From a virus (taxonomy: Duplodnaviria; Caudoviricetes): a stretch of 64,000 nt of DNA. The translations under genes and the position numbers were made by a program. The notes under the pieces are model-generated. The model was not told where the DNA came from and made no database searches. It saw nothing but the letters and a program-made list of their open reading frames with translations. Below, one piece after another: positions 18,061 to 28,639 of this stretch (positions within the stretch are counted from its first letter, which is position 1; the number at the start of each line of letters is the position of its first letter). Where the stretch lies: positions 32,001 through 96,000 of IMG/VR virus record IMGVR_UViG_2974511964_000001; one strand, written 5' to 3'.

Positions 18061-19131
18061 ATGAATAAAGATACCTATGTAGTATGCTCTGACGTCCACG
18101 CCAGTGACTATACAGCGTTTTCTAAACCAGTTGAGGGTAAACCATACGGGTCACGTTTAAAAACGATTCTCGAAGCCCTCAATGCCATGTATGAGGAAGC
18201 GTTGTCTAAGGATGCTTCAAGAATGATTATTATTGGTGACTTGTATAATGAGAGGACCTCTATATCGCCAATTGTAATTAAGGCGGTTACAGAGAATATC
18301 TTAAAGGGTATTCATCGACAACCAAAAGGGTTTAAGCTTGATATTGTAGTTGGTAATCATGACCAGCAAGATAATAGTCCAGTTCCACCAAACTCTGTAT
18401 CCATCTTAGAAACTTACTCGACTAGTGATTATCCAATTGTAGTTCATGACCATGTTGATGTGGATGATAATTTAATATTTGTACCATATACCGAGGATTC
18501 TTTATCTTTCAAGAAAGCAATTTCAGAAATTAAGCTTGACAAAGATAAACATTATGTAATGTTTGCTCATATTGGTATGTCAGGTGCTAAGTCTGGTAAG
18601 TGGACTCATAAACTTGGTGGTAACTATACTCTTGAAGATGTCCGATATAACGAGATGGATTTAGTCATGATGGGTCATTATCATTGGCGACAAAAGTTAG
18701 CAGATAACGTTATGTATACTGGTGATTTAGTACCTTTAAACTTTAATGATGAGGGGCAAGATAAAGGGTTCTATTTGATTACAAAAGGTAATAAGTATGA
18801 AGAAACCTTTATCCCTGTAAATTCACCAAAGTTTAAAACTATTGATTTGAGCCATTATGAAGATAAAGGTACTCTTGATGAAGAGCTAAAAAATAACTAT
18901 ATTAGAATTGTAACCCATAACTCAGAGGATACCGAAGCCATGCGTAAGCTAATCAAAGAGGCTGAGGTACCTGTAGCATTACAAACTAAGCAGGAGCTTA
19001 AGCATGATTCGAGACTAGATATATCTTCTGATAGTTCTGATGCTGATATTGTTAGGGCATACTGTAAGAAGTATTATCCAGATGTAGAAAAACAGGCAGA
19101 AAAGTATTTAATTCAGGCACAGGAAGGTTGA
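18061..19131 (+). CDS. SbcD/Mre11-like (gp47) nuclease
   Basis: SDVH, GDLY, GNHD, AH, GHYH metallophosphoesterase motifs. Confidence 0.9.
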   Translation: MNKDTYVVCSDVHASDYTAFSKPVEGKPYGSRLKTILEALNAMYEEALSKDASRMIIIGDLYNERTSISPIVIKAVTENILKGIHRQPKGFKLDIVVGNHDQQDNSPVPPNSVSILETYSTSDYPIVVHDHVDVDDNLIFVPYTEDSLSFKKAISEIKLDKDKHYVMFAHIGMSGAKSGKWTHKLGGNYTLEDVRYNEMDLVMMGHYHWRQKLADNVMYTGDLVPLNFNDEGQDKGFYLITKGNKYEETFIPVNSPKFKTIDLSHYEDKGTLDEELKNNYIRIVTHNSEDTEAMRKLIKEAEVPVALQTKQELKHDSRLDISSDSSDADIVRAYCKKYYPDVEKQAEKYLIQAQEG

Positions 19132-19137
19132 TAGATT

Positions 19138-19395
19138 TTGAACGTAAAGGTATATTCTAAAGTAAATTGTTTTCCATGTAAGTTAACTAAAAGGTGGTTA
19201 TCTGAACATAACATTAATTATGACTATGAAGAGTTCGACCCCAAAGAAGAAGCTGATTATGCTGTAGTGCGTGAACGACTGATGGAATATGGGTTCATGA
19301 GTTTCCCAGTAGTTACTATTACAGATGATGAAAACAATGTAATTAACAAGTGGTCTGGCTTTGCTCCTAATAAGTTAAAGTCCCTAATTAAATAA
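19138..19395 (+). CDS. nrdH: NrdH-like glutaredoxin
   Basis: VYSK.NCFPC..TKR.L, SFPVV, WSGF.P. Confidence 0.85.
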   Translation: MNVKVYSKVNCFPCKLTKRWLSEHNINYDYEEFDPKEEADYAVVRERLMEYGFMSFPVVTITDDENNVINKWSGFAPNKLKSLIK

Positions 19396-19397
19396 AC

Positions 19398-19446
19398 TTG
19401 ACAAAATAGTCTTACTGGGTTATACTTAATCTAGTAAGACTATTTG
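19398..19446 (+). promoter_or_regulatory. Sigma-A promoter embedded in a terminator-like hairpin
   Basis: TTGACA-17-TATACT; stem AAATAGTCTTACT/AGTAAGACTATTT with the -10 in the loop. Confidence 0.75.
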
Positions 19447-19461
19447 TTTGAGGTGAATTAA

Positions 19462-21363
19462 ATGAAATTAGAATCTGTAGATATTCAGAATTTTAGGTCA
19501 ATTGGAAAAGTTAAATTGTCACTAGACAACCAAGGTCTTATTCTAATCCAAGGTGTTAACATGGATAAGGATGATGGTTCTTCTAATGGGGCAGCAAAAT
19601 CCAGTTTGTATTACGCTATTATCTATGCGCTATATGGTAAAACTCCAAAAGGTACTGCTGGAGATGATATCGTTAACAACAAAATAGGTAAAAATACTCA
19701 CTGTATTGTAGAGTTTTCTCATCGGGGTATTAAATATACAGTTGCACGCTATCGAAAGGATAAGGATAATAAGAATAAAGTATTGCTATACCGTGATGGC
19801 GAAGAGATTACTAAAGCTTCTAATAAGCTAACTGATGAGTATATAGTTGATATTATTGGTATGAATATAACTACTATGCTTAATTCCTTAGTATTTGGTG
19901 AGTCAAGTGTTAACCGGTTCTCAGAAGCAACTGATAAAGAGCGTAAAGAAATTCTAGAAGATATTACTAATATTGCTATTTATAAGCGAGCGCTAGATAT
20001 TGTTAAAGAAGACGCAGCCACTAATAAGCTAAATATTGATAAGGCTAACAATGAGCTATCTAGTGCTGTTAACCACAAAGACAGTATGATGCAGTATATT
20101 GATAGATTTAAGCAAGAACAAAAAGATTATGCTAATCAGCTAGCTAAGGCGGAAGCAACAGTTACCAAGTGCAAGGAAGCTGTTGATAACATTGGGTATA
20201 CTGATGAAGATTTAGATAAGGAAGAAGAAAACTATCAGAATGATTTGACTGTTTTGCAACATAAATTTGATAAAGCGAATACAGTTAAGAGTAGTACAGA
20301 AGTAAACGCCAAGCTGTCTGCACTTGCATCTAAAGCGGGACAAATTGCTAATCAGCAAAGGATTAGCAAAGACAACCTTAATAAAGCTAAGCAGGCATAT
20401 ACGGAGCTAGCTAATGCGAGTGTACCTCGTTGTCCTCATTGTGGTCATAAGCTAGACGAGGAGCATCGTAAGCAGGAATTAGAACGAATTACTAATGATG
20501 GTAAGCAAGCTAGAGAGAGCTATGACGAATCAACTAGGATGTTATTAACTGCTAAGAAGGCTAGTGACCTTCTAAATACTAAGTTGAGTGAAATTGAAAA
20601 GTTTAATAGTAGTATTAAGCCAAAATTGGAATTAATTAATAAGGATATTAATTCTGTTAGAAACAGCATTACCAAAGTTATTAACAGGCGCAATAAGCTA
20701 GATAGTTCTAAGCACGATGTTGTTCAAGCTAAACAATGGTTAGAAGAACTAAAGCAGAGAGCACCAAAGAACAATGGCGATTTTGAAAGTGAAAAAGATT
20801 TAAATAAGCATATCAAGGAATCTACTGACAAGGTCTCTAAGTTAGAAGCTAAAGAAAAACAATTTAATGACTTAAAAGTAGTATTCTCCGATAAGGGGGT
20901 TAAATCACATGTGCTAGATTTGGTTACTCCATACTTAAATTCACAAGCTAATTACTACTTATCAATATTGACAAATGGTACTATTTCTGTTAATATTAGT
21001 ACACAGTCAGAGTCAAAGTCAGGAAATTTATCTGATAAGATGTCAGTTGAAGTTTCATCAGTTGATGGTGGTTCAGCTTATAATGAATTATCAACTGGTG
21101 AGCAGAAGCGGGTAAACTTAGCTATTTCCTTATCACTACAGGATTATGTATTATCTAAAAACCCAGAGATTAACCTGAATGTTTTTGATGAAATATTTGA
21201 TGGGTTGGATGAAGACGGAATTATGCAAGTTATGAAATTATTAAAAGAACGGAATAAGAATATTGGAACTATCCTAGTTATTTCTCACAATCAGGCTTTA
21301 CGGGATATGTTCACAAATTCAATAACAATTAAGAAAAAGGATGGAATTAGCTATGTTGACTAA
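19462..21363 (+). CDS. SbcC/Rad50-like (gp46) ATPase
   Basis: NGAAKSS Walker A, CPHC zinc hook, LSTGE signature, FDEIFDGLD, ISH. Confidence 0.92.
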   Translation: MKLESVDIQNFRSIGKVKLSLDNQGLILIQGVNMDKDDGSSNGAAKSSLYYAIIYALYGKTPKGTAGDDIVNNKIGKNTHCIVEFSHRGIKYTVARYRKDKDNKNKVLLYRDGEEITKASNKLTDEYIVDIIGMNITTMLNSLVFGESSVNRFSEATDKERKEILEDITNIAIYKRALDIVKEDAATNKLNIDKANNELSSAVNHKDSMMQYIDRFKQEQKDYANQLAKAEATVTKCKEAVDNIGYTDEDLDKEEENYQNDLTVLQHKFDKANTVKSSTEVNAKLSALASKAGQIANQQRISKDNLNKAKQAYTELANASVPRCPHCGHKLDEEHRKQELERITNDGKQARESYDESTRMLLTAKKASDLLNTKLSEIEKFNSSIKPKLELINKDINSVRNSITKVINRRNKLDSSKHDVVQAKQWLEELKQRAPKNNGDFESEKDLNKHIKESTDKVSKLEAKEKQFNDLKVVFSDKGVKSHVLDLVTPYLNSQANYYLSILTNGTISVNISTQSESKSGNLSDKMSVEVSSVDGGSAYNELSTGEQKRVNLAISLSLQDYVLSKNPEINLNVFDEIFDGLDEDGIMQVMKLLKERNKNIGTILVISHNQALRDMFTNSITIKKKDGISYVD

Positions 21364-22048
21364 TACAAGTCGCTTAGTTCTTGGTAAGAACGAGTGCATA
21401 GAAAATGGTTTAAAAACTAAGATGTTTGTTGAAGATGGGAGAGTGATGGTTAGACTAAGTTCTGAAACTATGAATCATCATAAGAAAGAATACTTTGCTC
21501 CAGCAGAGGATGCAAATGTGTTTTACCCACTATACTTTTATTATGATTTTCACTATGAAGACCCATATAAGGATATTATTCTTAAATTATATCATAACGC
21601 TCCAAAGAAGCTTGTTAAGTATATTCATGATAACTTTCCACATGATAATGTGTACTTAAAGCGTCTATACGACTTTAAAGAACAAAAGCCAATTAATACA
21701 GAAACAAATTTTATACTTAATAGTAATGAAGCTGCCGAATACAAGTTACAGAAATTAGGTTTAAAGACGTGGGGAGAGCATTATAACCGTAATGACGTTG
21801 AGCTAAACTTTAACAAGATAAATAAATTATTGAACGAATTAGAGTCCTATCTATTAGCTAAGGCACAAGATTTGGGAATTGTAGACAAAAATAATGTTGA
21901 CAAGAACAGTGAATTAATTGAGAAGAAAATCCTATCTCAGGCTACAGATGAAGACTTAAGACTATATATTGAACTTGGCGTGGCCTATAGGATGAATGTA
22001 TTTATGTCTAAAGTAGTTAGGGCACAAGAGAAGTTTTTAAGGGGATGA
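21353..22048 (+). CDS. Conserved hypothetical protein (position of the anti-sigma factor gene in Twort-like phages)
   Basis: Lies between sbcC and primase; function inferred from position only. Confidence 0.35.
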   Translation: MLTNTSRLVLGKNECIENGLKTKMFVEDGRVMVRLSSETMNHHKKEYFAPAEDANVFYPLYFYYDFHYEDPYKDIILKLYHNAPKKLVKYIHDNFPHDNVYLKRLYDFKEQKPINTETNFILNSNEAAEYKLQKLGLKTWGEHYNRNDVELNFNKINKLLNELESYLLAKAQDLGIVDKNNVDKNSELIEKKILSQATDEDLRLYIELGVAYRMNVFMSKVVRAQEKFLRG

Positions 22049-22052
22049 CAGG

Positions 22053-23102
22053 ATGTCAGCTACACAAAGTGTAATTGAATCATTAAGCGATGGCGAAATT
22101 TTGTACGATGGTGAAGACATCAGATTTAACTGTCCCTTGTGTGGTGAGACTAAGAATAAGTTATATGTTAGTGAAAAGGGAGTATGGCATTGTTTCCATT
22201 GCTCAGAGTCTGGGTTTGGTGCAGTCTCATTTATTATGCAACTTTACCATATATCATTCAAAGAAGCTAAAGAGATTGCAAAAGAGTATGGGTATGTTCA
22301 AGAATCAAAACCAAATGCAATTATTAGTCAATCTGATTCATTAGCAGAAAAATTGATGCTTATAATGTATGATAGTAAAGAAAACGAAAGCTTAGTAATG
22401 CCCTCTCTACCAACGAATACTAAGTTATTATCCAGCAATTGGAGCAATCCAGTTGCTTTTCCATATTTTAATTATCTTCACAGTCGTGGGGTAACAAAAT
22501 CTGATATTGAAAATTATAATATTGGGTTTTGTGTAAATGGAACTGCTAGAACCAGAAGGGGAACCTTAAGCATTAGGAACAGTATTGTGTTCATTACTAA
22601 GATGAATGATGAGCCTGTATACTGGAATACACGCTCAATTGACCCCAACCCGTTTATTAAGTCATTTAATGCCTATGCCGAGTTAGGTAAAGAGTATGCT
22701 CGTTCTCAATCTTTATTTAATTATGACAGCATAAAAAGAAACAATAATGTGGTAATTTGTGAGGGTGTTTTTAATGCAATTACTGTTAGCCACATAGATG
22801 GTTACTGTGGGTTGGCGACTTTTGGTAAGGAAGTAACTGATGCTCAATTGAATTTGATTGTTAAAGAACTGGGTCATAGAAATTTGTATTTGTTTTTAGA
22901 TAACGATGCCAACTATAAGATTGTACAATTAGGAAAACGATTTCTAGAGGCTGGGGTTAACAGAGAACAAATATGGCTAGTTAATAATCCATATGAAAGA
23001 CAAGATGCTAATGATTTAGGTGAGTCTATTAGCGAAGAGCTATTGGAGTCATCAACTAACCCTAGCCTAAGTTCCTTCTTAGGTTTAGGGGTTACTGAAT
23101 AA
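22053..23102 (+). CDS. DNA primase
   Basis: CPLC..CFHC zinc finger; ICEGVFNA, FLDND, DAND TOPRIM motifs. Confidence 0.92.
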   Translation: MSATQSVIESLSDGEILYDGEDIRFNCPLCGETKNKLYVSEKGVWHCFHCSESGFGAVSFIMQLYHISFKEAKEIAKEYGYVQESKPNAIISQSDSLAEKLMLIMYDSKENESLVMPSLPTNTKLLSSNWSNPVAFPYFNYLHSRGVTKSDIENYNIGFCVNGTARTRRGTLSIRNSIVFITKMNDEPVYWNTRSIDPNPFIKSFNAYAELGKEYARSQSLFNYDSIKRNNNVVICEGVFNAITVSHIDGYCGLATFGKEVTDAQLNLIVKELGHRNLYLFLDNDANYKIVQLGKRFLEAGVNREQIWLVNNPYERQDANDLGESISEELLESSTNPSLSSFLGLGVTE

Positions 23103-23151
23103 TGTATGTGCTATAATAATAGTAATTAAATAGTGAAAGACAGGTAATTAT

Positions 23152-23889
23152 ATGATTTATGTTAATGCTCCAATTGGTATGGGGAAATCAGCTCTAACAG
23201 AACTTCTATCAAAAGATTTAAATACTAAAGCCTTCTATGAAAAAGTAGATGATATGGCAATGCTCCATAAGTTCTATGCAGCTGGTGAAGATAGTCGATT
23301 ATCATTAGCGTTCCCGCTACAAGTTGCTTTCCTAAATTATCGTTATCAGCAATTAAGAGAAGGTCTGCATTTAGCAGAAACTGAGGGCATGAAGAATACT
23401 GTATACGATTCTAGTCTGTTATCTGATGGGTTAATGGCGTTTAACTTGTATAAACGTGGGGAATTTCCAAAGGAAGAATTTAGGCTGTATCAGGAACTAT
23501 CACAGAACATGCAAGCCAATGTTTCAGGACATCCCTTTAGAGGATTTCCTGATGTAATTATTTATCTAAAGGGTAGTTTTGAGCTCATGCTAGAACATAT
23601 TGAATCTCGTGGGCGTGACATGGAAACGATAGATGATGATAAAAAAGATTATTATCATAGTGTGTGGGAGACATATGATAACTGGTATCAGTCATATGCG
23701 CAGTCCCCAGTTATTACCATTGACATGGATAAGTATGACTATGTTAATAATTCTGAAGACCGCAGAAATGTGATTGAATATATTGAATCTAAGCTAAACG
23801 ACTTTGGGTTACTTAGCGATAACGAATTGGCTGGTCTGTATATGGCACATGACATTAAGGATACCCCAGCTGAAATAGATATTAAGTAG
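23152..23889 (+). CDS. Deoxynucleoside kinase
   Basis: APIGMGKS P-loop, LQ..FL..R, I..RGR..E. Confidence 0.9.
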   Translation: MIYVNAPIGMGKSALTELLSKDLNTKAFYEKVDDMAMLHKFYAAGEDSRLSLAFPLQVAFLNYRYQQLREGLHLAETEGMKNTVYDSSLLSDGLMAFNLYKRGEFPKEEFRLYQELSQNMQANVSGHPFRGFPDVIIYLKGSFELMLEHIESRGRDMETIDDDKKDYYHSVWETYDNWYQSYAQSPVITIDMDKYDYVNNSEDRRNVIEYIESKLNDFGLLSDNELAGLYMAHDIKDTPAEIDIK

Positions 23890-23899
23890 GTGATATAAT

Positions 23900-24241
23900 A
23901 TGTCATTAGAAGCAAAGGATTTATCTAAAGTTGGTTTTCAAGATTATTTCAGGTTACGTAGACAACTACAAGCAACTGGAGATATTCCAAATTCTCAGAT
24001 ACAGCAGCATGATAATGACCCAATTACGTTTGATGAAGCCTATGACACGCTTAACTTGATTATAGATGACTTGCTAGGGGTTTCAGACATGTATGCTCGC
24101 TTATCTGTTGATTCATTAGGGGTACTAATTAGTATGCTAGTGACAAAAGGAGTATTAACTCAGAAGGACTATGAAGTAATATTAAAGGAATCACAAAAAC
24201 TAATGAAATTAGACAAGGGTGAAGAAAATGGCACAAAATAA
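23900..24241 (+). CDS. Hypothetical protein (likely paralog of the next gene)
   Basis: ORF with RBS; ITFDEAYD vs VTLAEAFD similarity. Confidence 0.6.
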   Translation: MSLEAKDLSKVGFQDYFRLRRQLQATGDIPNSQIQQHDNDPITFDEAYDTLNLIIDDLLGVSDMYARLSVDSLGVLISMLVTKGVLTQKDYEVILKESQKLMKLDKGEENGTK

Positions 24242-24602
24242 ATCAATTACTAGAGAACAAGTATTAAACGCATTAGCTAAGCATAATGGATTAACTACCT
24301 ATAACAACCAAGCTGGTAGTCACCCTCGGACTCCAGAAGAGGACCGACAACTAGAAACTTTATTAACAAAGCGGGTAACTCTAGCAGAAGCCTTTGATGC
24401 AATTGATATCTTAACTTTTCCATATAATAAAAATACTAATGATTTAACTAAGCAAATCGAAGTTATTGGAGTATTGCTTAATAAGGTTGGTATTACAGAA
24501 AAGGATTGGACGGACGCCGAAAATAAGGTTGAATCCAAGCGTAAAGAACAGCAAGATAAGATTATGAAAGAAATAGAATCACAGCTAAAGGGGGTCGAAT
24601 AA
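24228..24602 (+). CDS. Hypothetical protein
   Basis: ORF with RBS, overlapping its neighbours. Confidence 0.6.
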   Translation: MAQNKSITREQVLNALAKHNGLTTYNNQAGSHPRTPEEDRQLETLLTKRVTLAEAFDAIDILTFPYNKNTNDLTKQIEVIGVLLNKVGITEKDWTDAENKVESKRKEQQDKIMKEIESQLKGVE

Positions 24603-25315
24603 TGGATTTGTCTAATAATCTGCCTAAGCTAGCTAAGGCTGTTAAGTCTGGTAGTAACCAAGTACAGTCAGTTGATACCGTATTAACTAAATATAGTTTG
24701 ACAGAATTAACGGGAACAAACAAAGAAGACTTTTTAGATGATGCTGAACTAGTTAAGGAAGCCATTGTAAGCAATATAATCCCTAATTATGATGATAAAC
24801 CAGCCGTTGTAACTTATGGGGGCGGGGCTAATAGCGAATTAATAGCTTCTAATCTGATTGAGCTAGCTAAGAAACATAGTAACTACAAACACGCTAACTC
24901 AATTCTTGATAGCATGGTAGACTTTGATGCTTATCTTGCTAAGCTATACGAATTAGGGGTATTGAAACAGTGGGTTATTAAAGGTAACGATGACACCCAA
25001 ACAATATTCTACTTATATGATGGCGAACTATTAACTAAGGATGACTTAGAAGTATTAGATATGTTTGTACATGCTAAGGAAGATACGGTTTTATCTAAAG
25101 AGCAGCTAGAACTATTGAACGACAAGTCCTTAGTTGCTCGCATTCACCATGATGCTTTGTCATATAAAAACAATCACACGTTGGATAATTTAAAGACCAT
25201 GCTTAGTTCACAATATAATAAGTATTTATCCAAACAATTAAACAAAGTTGTGCTAGTAGCATCAGCAGATTTAATGTATGCCTCATCAGGACTAAATAAC
25301 CAAATGTTTGCTTAG
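24602..25315 (+). CDS. Hypothetical protein (possible degenerate P-loop fold)
   Basis: Translationally coupled ORF; AVVTYGGGANSELIA. Confidence 0.55.
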   Translation: MDLSNNLPKLAKAVKSGSNQVQSVDTVLTKYSLTELTGTNKEDFLDDAELVKEAIVSNIIPNYDDKPAVVTYGGGANSELIASNLIELAKKHSNYKHANSILDSMVDFDAYLAKLYELGVLKQWVIKGNDDTQTIFYLYDGELLTKDDLEVLDMFVHAKEDTVLSKEQLELLNDKSLVARIHHDALSYKNNHTLDNLKTMLSSQYNKYLSKQLNKVVLVASADLMYASSGLNNQMFA

Positions 25316-25334
25316 CATTAAGAAATGTTACAAT

Positions 25335-25358
25335 AAAGAGGGATTATTTCCCTCTTTT
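25335..25358 (+). terminator. Intrinsic terminator
   Basis: AAAGAGGGA-loop-TCCCTCTTTT. Confidence 0.75.
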
Positions 25359-25410
25359 ACTTTACATAAATTAACTGATATGTTATTATTTATAATAGGA
25401 AGGTGATAGA

Positions 25411-26328
25411 ATGAGTAGGTTTTTAATTGTTCAAGCTGACAATTCCGTTAGCGCTGTTTGTGCAAAGATACTGTCTGAGAATGATACAGGCACAGATGTC
25501 ATTGTTTATAAGAACAAATTTTTTAACGATTTTGATACCGGTGTTATTGAGCAAGGCGACCAGATAATTGTCCTTGGCTATTCTTATACGGGCTCAGATG
25601 TTCAAAATAAAAAGATTGATGAAATTACTAATAGCAAGTGTGACGATTTTATGTTCTTAGCACTTCATGGTAAACCCACAGATAATCCCAAGATTACTGT
25701 TATTGACAACTATGCTACTATAATAGGGATTTGCTTGACCTCTGTAGATTCTGAATTTAAAGATAAGGATACTCTGGCTGGCTTGCACAAACTATCTTGT
25801 AACGAGAAAGTGGATATTAATAAGTCTTTATCTAGTATTCTTGGTTGTTTGGAATATACGAAGATTACCGGAAATAACTACCGCATGATTCCACTAAGTA
25901 GGAATGCAGATGGATTATTCGAGGTAGGTGGGATTGACGACTACTTATTGTCGGATTGGTACTATGATACTAAGATAAAACCTAACCTGAATAAGCAGTT
26001 ATACGAGTTTGGTAAGTCTATTCCTAACATTGATAGCAAAGTATTTGTTCTCAATAGCGACATAGACTTAAGTGTATTTAAGATTGTTAAAATGCAAGAC
26101 TTAAAAGGCATATATGATATTATAATTCAGCCAAAAGGGTTTAATGTTAGCCGAGATAATGTTCTTGTCTTAGTAATCCCCTTAAATAAACAAGTAAGTG
26201 GTACTATAAAAGATGATAACAAGTTTGCAACTGATATTTTGAATGGACTGGGGTTTGTTAACTCAAAGGTCGGTCAATACACTGGATACACAATTATGCC
26301 AGTTAGTTTTACTGGACTATTTAGCTAA
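25411..26328 (+). CDS. Hypothetical protein
   Basis: 305-aa ORF with RBS. Confidence 0.6.
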   Translation: MSRFLIVQADNSVSAVCAKILSENDTGTDVIVYKNKFFNDFDTGVIEQGDQIIVLGYSYTGSDVQNKKIDEITNSKCDDFMFLALHGKPTDNPKITVIDNYATIIGICLTSVDSEFKDKDTLAGLHKLSCNEKVDINKSLSSILGCLEYTKITGNNYRMIPLSRNADGLFEVGGIDDYLLSDWYYDTKIKPNLNKQLYEFGKSIPNIDSKVFVLNSDIDLSVFKIVKMQDLKGIYDIIIQPKGFNVSRDNVLVLVIPLNKQVSGTIKDDNKFATDILNGLGFVNSKVGQYTGYTIMPVSFTGLFS

Positions 26329-26347
26329 AGAAAGTAGGAATATAATT

Positions 26348-27607
26348 TTGGAAAAAGATATTAACAAAATTTATGGTGCGGTTCTTGGAGAAGCTTATCT
26401 TAACGGAGGGCAAAAGTTTACAATTTCCTCAATCAACCGGTATTTAAAGCAGTTAGGTCAAGAACGGCTAAAGCGAGAAGATATCGAAGGACTAGTAGAA
26501 GCATTAAAGGAACAACAACAACCTTTATATGATGCTTATGTAGCAGTTGGCTCTGGTAAAGAAACTCTAACAGACTATTTAGATGTTAGCAATCCAGATA
26601 GGGTATATGACCATGTAACACCAACAGTTGTTAATAAGGTAGCCCTACAAGAGAGTCAGAAAGAATTTAAGAACGACTTAAGAGTTGGGGCTTACTCTAA
26701 GATGTTAGCGGATAAAAATAGGGAAGCTATTATAGACATGCTAGCTAGCCTAGACTTATCAATGTTTACACAGCCAGCAGATGTAAAAGATAGTGACCAA
26801 GCCTTAGTATTAAATTTGAGTGACTTACACATTGGGGAACTAGATGATTTAAAGGTCGGTAGCTACCATAATGTTTATAATTTATCTGTTCTTAAAAAGC
26901 GTTTGCGAGCATATGTTGACACAGCTTTAAACTATGCTCGTGCCAATGGTATTACCAATATCGTAGTAATTAACATTGGGGATATTATTACTGGTGGCTA
27001 CATGCACCCTAACCAATTATTTAGTATTGAGTTTGATATTTCTCATCAAATTGCCGAAGCTATTCAAATTATGTTGTCCTTACTAAATGAACTAAACTCT
27101 GAGTTCAAAGTAACATTTGGCTCAATTGCAGGTAATCATGACCGAATTAATCAAAAGGATAAAGCCGGTAATATTCCCTCTGACTCTGCTGCTTACATTG
27201 TGATGGATACTATCAATACAATTAAGAAAACTACTGGTGCACTAGAAAATGTTACCTTGATTGACAACTTTGATGATATGCACGAAATTGATTTAACCAT
27301 TAATGATAAGCGGATTGTATGGACGCATGGTGAGAAGGTAAAGCGGGCTAAGAATGATAATGCCTATAAATTCCAAGCTGGTGGAAAGCATGTTGATTGT
27401 TTAATCTATGGTCATTTCCACACCTTCCAAATTAAGTCTGGAGATTTATGCCAAGAAGTTGGGCTACCAGCTTTAAAGGGCATGGATTCTTATGCTAAGT
27501 CATTACCAACTGAATTTAGTGCACCGGGACAATGTTTTACAATCGTTCCTAAAGATGGTAATATTTATACCATTCCAGTATTATTTAAGGGTGATGAATT
27601 TGAATAA
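26348..27607 (+). CDS. Calcineurin-like metallophosphoesterase/nuclease
   Basis: SDLHIG, GDII, GNHDR, HG, GHFH; likely TTG start at 26348. Confidence 0.85.
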   Translation: MEKDINKIYGAVLGEAYLNGGQKFTISSINRYLKQLGQERLKREDIEGLVEALKEQQQPLYDAYVAVGSGKETLTDYLDVSNPDRVYDHVTPTVVNKVALQESQKEFKNDLRVGAYSKMLADKNREAIIDMLASLDLSMFTQPADVKDSDQALVLNLSDLHIGELDDLKVGSYHNVYNLSVLKKRLRAYVDTALNYARANGITNIVVINIGDIITGGYMHPNQLFSIEFDISHQIAEAIQIMLSLLNELNSEFKVTFGSIAGNHDRINQKDKAGNIPSDSAAYIVMDTINTIKKTTGALENVTLIDNFDDMHEIDLTINDKRIVWTHGEKVKRAKNDNAYKFQAGGKHVDCLIYGHFHTFQIKSGDLCQEVGLPALKGMDSYAKSLPTEFSAPGQCFTIVPKDGNIYTIPVLFKGDEFE

Positions 27608-28118
27608 ACGAATTAAGAATAAGACAGCTAAGCATCAAACTGGACTAACCAAGCCACAGTTAAAGCGTATTAGGTCTTTAATGAGCCAAAATAAGTACCA
27701 CGAGTTTACTAATAATTGGAATTGGTGGGACTTCGCCTATATTATGGATTTACTATACTATGTAGATGAGACTAAAGATAAAGCCTTTTTATCTAGACTA
27801 GAAGAACTAGAAGATAACTTTGATGGTATATTAATCTTTAATTCTTCAGAAGATAGATATACCTTACTAAACAGGCTATGGGAGGCGCAGGAGCCATATT
27901 TTGAGCTTGTAAGACATTTAAATGCTAGTCAGGCATATTTACACGGGGTAATCCTAGAATGCGTTGCTAGGGCTTACAATGCCCATGGTCATGCTGTAGA
28001 TAGCCACAAGGTTGCTAATGAAATGTATAAGGCTTCTAAGATGCTTAAAGATAATGCAGTGGACGCTTACACCGAATATGTAAGAGAGAACCAGCGTTTT
28101 CAAGGCTGGTGGGACTAA
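27594..28118 (+). CDS. Hypothetical protein
   Basis: ORF overlapping the upstream stop. Confidence 0.55.
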   Translation: MNLNKRIKNKTAKHQTGLTKPQLKRIRSLMSQNKYHEFTNNWNWWDFAYIMDLLYYVDETKDKAFLSRLEELEDNFDGILIFNSSEDRYTLLNRLWEAQEPYFELVRHLNASQAYLHGVILECVARAYNAHGHAVDSHKVANEMYKASKMLKDNAVDAYTEYVRENQRFQGWWD

Positions 28119-28526
28119 ATGACTAAAAAAGAAGTCATCAAGTTGATTGTTAATATAGTGCTACTAATAGTTATCTACTGGTTAGTAGTTTTTGCTTTAT
28201 TAGTTCCAATTGCATTATTTACAACAGGACTAGTAACGATTGTATTGAGTAGCTTTACTGGTGGTATTGGTATCTATGTAACAACTCCCATATTGCTTAG
28301 GCTCAATAAGATTAAGTTTGTAAAGTTTGATGGAAAAGCACTATTCGCCAGTTTTCAGCTCTTTTTCATTGGTGGTGCTGTTAATGCCACTTGTGCAATA
28401 TTACCATGGATAGGAATAGCTACCAGTGGAATTTGGCTCACTGTGACGACCCTAATAGGTATGCTGGTATGTGCCCTATGTGCTTGGTTTATGACTGGAG
28501 ATATTTTAAGCATGTATGATATGTAA
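28119..28526 (+). CDS. Membrane protein (about 4 TM)
   Basis: Strongly hydrophobic segments. Confidence 0.7.
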   Translation: MTKKEVIKLIVNIVLLIVIYWLVVFALLVPIALFTTGLVTIVLSSFTGGIGIYVTTPILLRLNKIKFVKFDGKALFASFQLFFIGGAVNATCAILPWIGIATSGIWLTVTTLIGMLVCALCAWFMTGDILSMYDM

Positions 28527-28532
28527 GACATT

Positions 28533-28562
28533 GAGTCTATCTTAATTGATAGGCTCTTTTTT
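28533..28562 (+). terminator. Intrinsic terminator
   Basis: GAGTCTATC-loop-GATAGGCTC followed by a T run. Confidence 0.75.
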
Positions 28563-28639
28563 GATTCTATAAATTTCTTATATTAAAGGTGAAAAGTAGT
28601 ACAATTAAGTCATATAAATAAACGTTAGGATGTGATTAA

